Of a DNA stretch of 10,877 bases, positions 6,001 to 10,877 are shown in pieces. Origin of the DNA: Tolypothrix carrinoi HA7290-LM1 (GTDB lineage Bacteria > Cyanobacteriota > Cyanobacteriia > Cyanobacteriales > Nostocaceae); assembly GCA_019358935.1 (NCBI GenBank), contig JAHHIK010000174.1, forward strand, positions 1-10,877, read 5' to 3'. Each line of letters opens with the position of its first letter. The first letter of the stretch is position 1. The notes under the pieces are model-generated. The model did no database searches, was not told where the DNA came from, and saw only the letters and a list, made by a program, of their open reading frames with translations. The position numbers and the translations under genes are program-made.

Positions 6001-7452
6001 CACCACCGCTACCGCATCCGGCGTCTTTTCTACCTGTTGCTCAAATAACTGATGGATACACAGTTGTTTGGGATAATCTGCTTGGGTTTTGTTCCATTCC
6101 ACCAGTATTTGATCAAGTTCTGCGGCAGTCAGTAGCGGTATATCTGATAGCTGTCGATCGGGATTGGCAATAATCCCTTCTAATAAAGTTTGAAAATGAT
6201 TTGCCATGCGAGCGATCGTCGCAGCGTCAAAACGCTGTCCATCGTAGATGAACCGTAAAGACAATTGTGCACCGGGCACCGCCATTATCGTTAGAGGATA
6301 GTTTGTCTTCTCAAAAGTACGAACATCACTTATTTGCAGGTTCAAATTTTGCTCTTGTAAAGCAGCATCTACGGGATAATTCTCAAACACCACTATACTT
6401 TCAAACAGCGACTGTCCTCGCGGCACATCGCTCCATTCCTGGACTTGTACTAGTGGACTGTACTCATATTGGCTAATTTCAAAGAGTTGCTTCTGTATTT
6501 GCTTCAGCAAAGGAAAAATTGAGCGATCGCCCTGCACGCTTACCCGCATGGGCAGGGTGTTGATAAATAGACCGACTATCGATTCCAAGCCGCTGATGGC
6601 TGCTGAACGACCTGAAACAGTAACACCAAAAACCACGTCGGTTTCGCCACTGTATCGTGAGAGAAGTAAAGCCCAAGCTGCTTGCACTAAAGTGTTTAAC
6701 GTCAGTTGATGCTGCCGTGCCAAAGACACCAGTGCTGTTGTTACTGCTGGTGATAGCTCAAGAAGCTGCTCGTTGTAGCTTTCTTGCAAACTGGACTTTT
6801 GCTGTGTATCGACTACAAGCGGTGTTGGTGCTGTCAAACCCTTGAGTGTTTGCCGCCAGAATTCTTTGGCAACTTCCAAGTTCTGCTTCTGTAACCAAGC
6901 AATGTACTCGCGGTAGGAACGACTCGGTTGCAGTTGTAAATCTTGCTTGTGAGATAATGCTTCGTAAAAGCCCAGCACTTCCTTGAACACCAAAGGCAGT
7001 GACCACCCATCTATAAGTATGTGGTGATAACTCCACACGAATTGATACACGTCCTCGGACATTTGAATTAGGGTCAGGCGCATCAGTGGTGCCTTGGACA
7101 GTTGAAAGCCACGCTGGCGATCGGACTCAAAAAAGGCTTGTAGTTGCTGTTGCTGCTCATCAGGAGATAGTCCGATCCAAGAATGGATCTCTACTGGTAG
7201 TTTCACCTGTCGGTACACCACCTGTAGCGGCTGGTCTTGGCGTTCCCAAATGAAAGCAGTTCGTAGAACTACATGCCGCGCTACTACTTGCTGCCATGCT
7301 GCACTGAAAGCCTCAACATCCAGTTTCCCTGTAAAAGTACAACTCAATTGCTGACAATACACCCCTGAAGAAGGAGCATAAATGGTGTGGAACAGCATAC
7401 CCTGCTGCACCGGGGATAGTTGATAAATGTCTTCAATATTATTCTTTTTCAT
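3034..7452 (-). CDS. Terminal NRPS module C-A-T-R (thioester reductase release), A domain predicted glycine-specific
   Basis: C: IEDIYQLSPVQQGMLFH, HHILIDGWS (DCL-like). A: YVIYTSGSTGKPKG, NLYGPTETT, YKTGD, NGKV; hand-extracted specificity code DILQLGLIWK (Gly). T: FFDLGGHSL. R: FLTGATGFLG and GYQQSKWVAE (YxxxK). Confidence 0.96.
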   Translation of the reverse strand: MKKNNIEDIYQLSPVQQGMLFHTIYAPSSGVYCQQLSCTFTGKLDVEAFSAAWQQVVARHVVLRTAFIWERQDQPLQVVYRQVKLPVEIHSWIGLSPDEQQQQLQAFFESDRQRGFQLSKAPLMRLTLIQMSEDVYQFVWSYHHILIDGWSLPLVFKEVLGFYEALSHKQDLQLQPSRSYREYIAWLQKQNLEVAKEFWRQTLKGLTAPTPLVVDTQQKSSLQESYNEQLLELSPAVTTALVSLARQHQLTLNTLVQAAWALLLSRYSGETDVVFGVTVSGRSAAISGLESIVGLFINTLPMRVSVQGDRSIFPLLKQIQKQLFEISQYEYSPLVQVQEWSDVPRGQSLFESIVVFENYPVDAALQEQNLNLQISDVRTFEKTNYPLTIMAVPGAQLSLRFIYDGQRFDAATIARMANHFQTLLEGIIANPDRQLSDIPLLTAAELDQILVEWNKTQADYPKQLCIHQLFEQQVEKTPDAVAVVFEDKQLTYRELNTKANQLAHHLQRLGVEPEVLVGLCVERSLEMVVGLLGILKAGGAYMPLDPAYPRDRLTFMLEDASVPVLLTQERLMATLPEHKAKVVCLDADWQEIAQESEGNPYSKVTPEDLAYVIYTSGSTGKPKGVQILHGALVNFLNAMRLTLELNQRDILLSVTTLSFDIAALELYLPLIVGASLVVVSREVATDGTELLKRLSSSGATIMQATPATWRMLLASGWQDSRQLKILCGGEALKRELANQLLERDTQLWNLYGPTETTIWSAVHKVETLNSASSADGIVSIGRPIANTQFYILDKHEKPVPVGVPGELHIGGVSLARGYLNRPELTSEKFILNFFNNKAGERLYKTGDLVRYLADGNIEYLGRVDEQVKIRGYRIELGEIEALLNQHPNVRETVVIAKENIPGDRRLVAYIVAHQEQIPTISDLRSFLKQKLPEFMVPSAFVVLDTLPLTPNGKVNRKALPDPESAQPELEKTFVAPRTPTEEALAEIWTQVLRLELVGVNDNFFDLGGHSLTATQLVFRVQNTFKIKLSLHALLETPTVAGMAQVIDNVRDCKPTPPATISVTDLNAEAVLDDTIRPANIPVEQIAEPARIFLTGATGFLGAFLLYELLQQTNADIYCLVRSSNVEEGKKKIQANLEFYSLWNECFSSRIILVIGDLSQPLFGLSNQQFQLLASTIDVIYHNGALVNFVDPYPKLKAANVLGTQEVLRLASQIKVKPVHYISTFSVFALVDFTKDRVFRENDSLDHGGSLVGGYQQSKWVAEKLVTIARTRGLPVCIYRPGRVSGHSQTGICKTDDLISRMIKGCIQLGSVPDLNTMMDMTPVDYASKSIIHLSRQKKSLGETFHIFNPHPAYWNNLVTWIRSFGYSLQQISYDKWRAELLKVAEHSPDNALYPLIHTFNEEAADGNSVKVQFDTQNTLDHLVGTSINCPQISAELLSTYLSYYIRSGFLEAPQQIDKVGYSLNKAPGAITR

Positions 7453-7489
7453 TTATTTCTTTAGCTGAAGATAAATTTAATATTTAGCT

Positions 7490-7708
7490 TTATTGTGCCG
7501 ATTTTTCCATTTGCCGGCGCAGGCTGAGTGGTCTCATATCAGTCCACACTTCTTTTATGTAAGCTAGGCATTCTGCCTTTGTCCCGCTTTTACCAACATC
7601 TGTCCAACCAAGTGCATTTTCCCGCTCGCTAGGCCAAATTGAATACTGTTGTTCGTGATTTACAACGACTTTGTAGATAGTTGTGTCTTCTTGGTCATTC
7701 CAATTCAT
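7490..7708 (-). CDS. mbtH: MbtH-like protein (upstream copy)
   Basis: [26 protein letters not shown]...LGW...[10 protein letters not shown]. Start placed at ATG 7708 rather than 7714, by alignment with the other copy and RBS spacing. Confidence 0.97.
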   Translation of the reverse strand: MNWNDQEDTTIYKVVVNHEQQYSIWPSERENALGWTDVGKSGTKAECLAYIKEVWTDMRPLSLRRQMEKSAQ

Positions 7709-7763
7709 AATCACTCCAAAAAAAATTAACAGTTAGTTTGCTTGTGCCAGCACTGTTTTACTA
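7492..7763. repeat. Direct repeat B (mbtH plus upstream intergenic DNA)
   Basis: Partner of 2742-3012, offset 4750 bp. Confidence 0.95.
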
Positions 7764-7784
7764 TTTACTTGCATGCACAGGCAG

Positions 7785-9074
7785 TTATTTAGTGGGGATA
7801 AAATTTGGTAGCTCAGACTCTACCAGTCGCAAGCGCGGAGAAAGATAGCTGGTAACAGTTGCTATCATCATGACCATTCCCATGAGGATGAACAGCAAGC
7901 CAATGCCACGTCCAGGTCCGACACCAATTATCTTTCCAACACTTCCAGCTAATGGTCCATTAATAGTAAGCAGCGGCTCAAACACTTGGTCAGCTAGCGG
8001 TCCAGCACTTAGGTAAGCAAGCAGCAGGGATAAATCGATCAGCATTCGGTTGAAAGCGAAGACTCTTGCCTGCACATCAAGCGCAACTTTGGTCTGAAAA
8101 ATGGCTTGCCTAGCACTGACAACGATCGGCAGACTGAAGAAGTGAAAGAAAATGGCAACAGTACACAGCAAAACGTCACGACGCAGCCCAGCCAGCAGCA
8201 TGCATAACCCGCCCAACAGCATAAACCCGAGTACGCTATATATGCGGCGCTTCCCTCCACCCCAAGTGCTGATGAGTGCTGTGCCAAGTAGCATACCGCT
8301 GCCACCGATGGACAGCATAGTGCCAAGTACAGCGGTCGAGGTAAAAGAAAGCAACAGTGGTGTCGATAGCACAATGGCAATTCCCTCAACAAAATGGTAG
8401 ACACAGTTAAGAATCAATAACCAGAACAAACCAGGTCGATTTGTGATATAATCCCAGCCTACCAAGGCATCGTGCCACATTGAGCTTTTCAACCCTTCGG
8501 CTTTTGTCGTAGTTCTAGGTTTGGGCAGCCGAACCAGCAAGAGCATCACAAGGCAGAAAACGAAGGTAATTCCGTCAAGTATAAGGACACCTTCAATCTG
8601 AATGGTCACTAGGAGAAAGCCTCCTAGCACTGGCGAAATTAGCTGCGAGACAGCTAGCCCTAGTTGGAACATAGCATTGGCACGAACTAAATGCTGCGGT
8701 GGTACAAGCAGTGGGATCACAGCATTATAAGCAGGCCACTGCAAGGCGTTGAAAGCGGAACTAGCAGCTGTTGCTGCGTAGATATGCCAGATTTCAAGAT
8801 GTCCAATGAAATATAGCACTGCAATCGAAAGGATGCTCAACCCAGCTCCACAATTGCTCAAAATTATTACCTTGCGTCGGTCCTGCCGATCCCCAAGCGA
8901 ACCCGCAAGCGGGGAGACGATCATGCCCGGTAGCAAAGTACACAAAGAAATCAACGCAAACTGAGTGACTGAGTTCGTATTTTTGTACACCCATATACTT
9001 AAAGCAAAGCCAGTAAGACCAGAGCCAAGGAGCGATGCCAGTTGTCCAATCCAGATGATTATAAAAGTCCGCAT
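7785..9074 (-). CDS. MFS transporter (DHA3/macrolide-efflux-like, NRPS-associated exporter)
   Basis: 429 aa with many hydrophobic segments; IWIGQLASLLGSGLT, motif-A-like GSLGDRQDRRKV, and GPLADQVFEPL...GVGPGRGIGL typical of cyanobacterial NRPS-linked MFS proteins. Confidence 0.92.
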   Translation of the reverse strand: MRTFIIIWIGQLASLLGSGLTGFALSIWVYKNTNSVTQFALISLCTLLPGMIVSPLAGSLGDRQDRRKVIILSNCGAGLSILSIAVLYFIGHLEIWHIYAATAASSAFNALQWPAYNAVIPLLVPPQHLVRANAMFQLGLAVSQLISPVLGGFLLVTIQIEGVLILDGITFVFCLVMLLLVRLPKPRTTTKAEGLKSSMWHDALVGWDYITNRPGLFWLLILNCVYHFVEGIAIVLSTPLLLSFTSTAVLGTMLSIGGSGMLLGTALISTWGGGKRRIYSVLGFMLLGGLCMLLAGLRRDVLLCTVAIFFHFFSLPIVVSARQAIFQTKVALDVQARVFAFNRMLIDLSLLLAYLSAGPLADQVFEPLLTINGPLAGSVGKIIGVGPGRGIGLLFILMGMVMMIATVTSYLSPRLRLVESELPNFIPTK

Positions 9075-9174
9075 TTTTCGGTTGCTAAATTATCTGCCTG
9101 TGCCTGCTCAATGCAGCGTTTCAATTGTTCTGCCAGAACTTGGACGTTGGGGAAACCGAATTATTCTTTTTCAT

Positions 9175-10877
9175 TTAGTAATCCAAATCCTCCTGTTGTA
9201 GTTGTGCAATCAACTCGTCAAGGTCTGTTTGGCTTAAGTCTGCTACGGGAAAGTCTGAAGGTGTGTAACCTCCAACCTCAGGAGATAAACAATGAGCAAT
9301 CAGCGCTTGCAATGCTTGCAAAAACTTGTGTGCTAGACTCTCAACTGTGCTGTCCAGATGCACTTTCTCACTGTAAGTCCAATTCAGTCGCAGCTGACCC
9401 TCTAAAATTAAGCCACTCACGTCCAGCAAATGGCTGCGGTTTGCGATCGGGCTACGGCTAGGTTCGGTAGATTCACTGACAATTTTGAAAATAGAGGATG
9501 TTTGTAGCAGTTGATCGAATTGACCCAAATAGTTGAAATTTACCTGAGCTTGTGGTAAGGCTTTTAGTTTGGCGGCAATTTCCGGGTCGCCTTTGAGATA
9601 GCGCAGCAAGCCATAGCCAATACCTTGCTGCGGAACCCGACGCAGTTGCTCTTTGACTGATTTTAAGGTCTCACCTGGATTGTCTGTTGCTTGTAGCTCT
9701 AACACCACTGGAAAGATGGTGCTGAACCATCCCACAGTGCGTGATAAATCTAAATTTTCCAAGATGTGTTCTCGTCCATGACTTTCCAAGTTGAACAGGA
9801 TAGAGTTCGACCCAGTCCATTCAGCTAACACCTGCACCAAGGCTGTAAGCAACACGTCATCGATTTGTGTGCTGTACGCTTTTGGCACCTCTTCGAGTAA
9901 TACACGAGTTTCTTCCACAGACAATGACACAGACACTGTGCGTGCAGATGCTTCGGTGTTCGCACCCAGAGGATAGTCTAGTGGTATGCTTGCAACTTGC
10001 TCATATGATTCTGTTAGCCAATAACCCAGTTCTTTTTCCAAGGGTTGTGATTGTGCATACTCTGTTAATCGTTGCGCCCAATGTTTGAACGCTGTGGTCT
10101 TGGGTGGCAATTGTATGGCTGCGCCGCCACTGAGTTGCTGGTAGGCTGTTTGCAAGTCTGACAACAAAATCCGCCATGATACAACATCTACTGCTAAGTG
10201 GTGGATGACTATTAGTAGTCGGCTGGGCAAGCGATCGCCAAGAAACAACCAAGCAACTCGCACCACTGGTCCGTTTGATAGGTTTAAGCTAGTTTGTAGT
10301 TCTGCGACTTTTGCTTGAATCGCAGCTTTGTGCTGTACTTCTGGTAGTGTTGATAAATCTATCTGGGTAAATGGCACGCGATCGTCAACCGCAGCGTTCT
10401 TCTGCTGCCAACCAGAATTTGTTCTCTCAAAACGCAAGCGCAAGGCATCATGATGTACTAGCAACTGCTGCACAACTTGCTCTAAAATATTAGGCTCAAT
10501 ACCTAGTTGCATTTCCAGCAACAATGTTTGGTTCCAGTGTGCTGGCTCAGGTAAATTCTGCTCAAAGAACCAGTGCTGAATTGGTGTCAGCGGCAATGTC
10601 CCTGTCATTACACCTTGTTCAGCTTGATTCGCAGTAGTTGTACCTGCTGCTAATTGTGCGATCGTCTGACGCTCAAACAGTTGTTTCACTGTCAGTTGCA
10701 GTCCGGCTTGATTGGCTTTGGCAACTACTTGAATGGTGAGAATAGAATCGCCGCCAAGTTCAAAAAAGTTATCATAGACACCCACACGCTCTATACCCAG
10801 CAGCGATGCCCAGATGCCAGCGAGCATCTCTTCAGTTGGCGTTCTCGGAGCCACAAAGTTGTGTGATTCAAGTTGCC
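9175..10877 (-). CDS. NRPS, C-terminal part: T - epimerization (E) domain - COM donor (5' partial; frame stays open to the window edge)
   Basis: FFELGGDSI (T domain type preceding E), LTPIQHWF, HHLAVDVVSW, ESHGRE, RTVGWF, FNYLGQFD, and tail YTPSDFPVADLSQTDLDEL. The frame continues upstream of 10854 as QLESHNF without a stop. Confidence 0.96.
   Translation of the reverse strand, partial: QLESHNFVAPRTPTEEMLAGIWASLLGIERVGVYDNFFELGGDSILTIQVVAKANQAGLQLTVKQLFERQTIAQLAAGTTTANQAEQGVMTGTLPLTPIQHWFFEQNLPEPAHWNQTLLLEMQLGIEPNILEQVVQQLLVHHDALRLRFERTNSGWQQKNAAVDDRVPFTQIDLSTLPEVQHKAAIQAKVAELQTSLNLSNGPVVRVAWLFLGDRLPSRLLIVIHHLAVDVVSWRILLSDLQTAYQQLSGGAAIQLPPKTTAFKHWAQRLTEYAQSQPLEKELGYWLTESYEQVASIPLDYPLGANTEASARTVSVSLSVEETRVLLEEVPKAYSTQIDDVLLTALVQVLAEWTGSNSILFNLESHGREHILENLDLSRTVGWFSTIFPVVLELQATDNPGETLKSVKEQLRRVPQQGIGYGLLRYLKGDPEIAAKLKALPQAQVNFNYLGQFDQLLQTSSIFKIVSESTEPSRSPIANRSHLLDVSGLILEGQLRLNWTYSEKVHLDSTVESLAHKFLQALQALIAHCLSPEVGGYTPSDFPVADLSQTDLDELIAQLQQEDLDY

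Larger units (their letters stand above)
624..10238. repeat. HIP1 octamers GCGATCGC (dispersed)
   Basis: Seen at 624, 2313, 5797, 5880, 6523 and 10231, plus a split copy at 2423/2521; supports a cyanobacterial origin. Confidence 0.85.

Noticed and set aside
2742..7763. Diversity-generating retroelement (RT nearby plus two similar repeats as TR/VR)
   Set aside because: Mismatches are not adenine-specific on either strand (T/C, A/G, C/T, C/G, T/G all occur), both copies are intact mbtH genes, and the RT fragment is group II intron type.
10852..10854. Start codon of the 559-aa NRPS ORF
   Set aside because: It is an internal Val of the FVAPRT linker; the frame is open to the window edge.
4520..10866. 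Short overlapping ORFs within the NRPS and MFS genes
   Set aside because: Antisense or alternate-frame shadows of long, motif-supported CDSs.

Overview
Probably a filamentous cyanobacterium (Nostocales-like; six perfect HIP1 GCGATCGC sites). The right ~8.1 kb is the 3' end of a minus-strand NRPS cluster: [..T-E-COM NRPS, cut by the window edge] - MFS exporter - mbtH - [C(DCL-like)-A(Gly code)-T-R terminal-reductase NRPS] - second mbtH - the first ~31 codons of a type II thioesterase, cut by an ISAs1-like end. The two mbtH genes plus their upstream DNA form ~270-bp direct repeats bracketing the terminal NRPS gene. The left ~2.6 kb is a set of decayed mobile elements: an ISAs1-like 3' fragment with a 93-bp in-frame insertion in a HIP1 site, two outward-facing 22-bp ISLre2-like ends, a 5'-truncated IS607-like tnpB with its right end, a multiply frameshifted ISLre2-like transposase, and a group II intron inserted in the RT gene of another group II intron (twintron) with a visible EBS2/IBS2 match. 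All family assignments are by motif recognition only; no searches were run.
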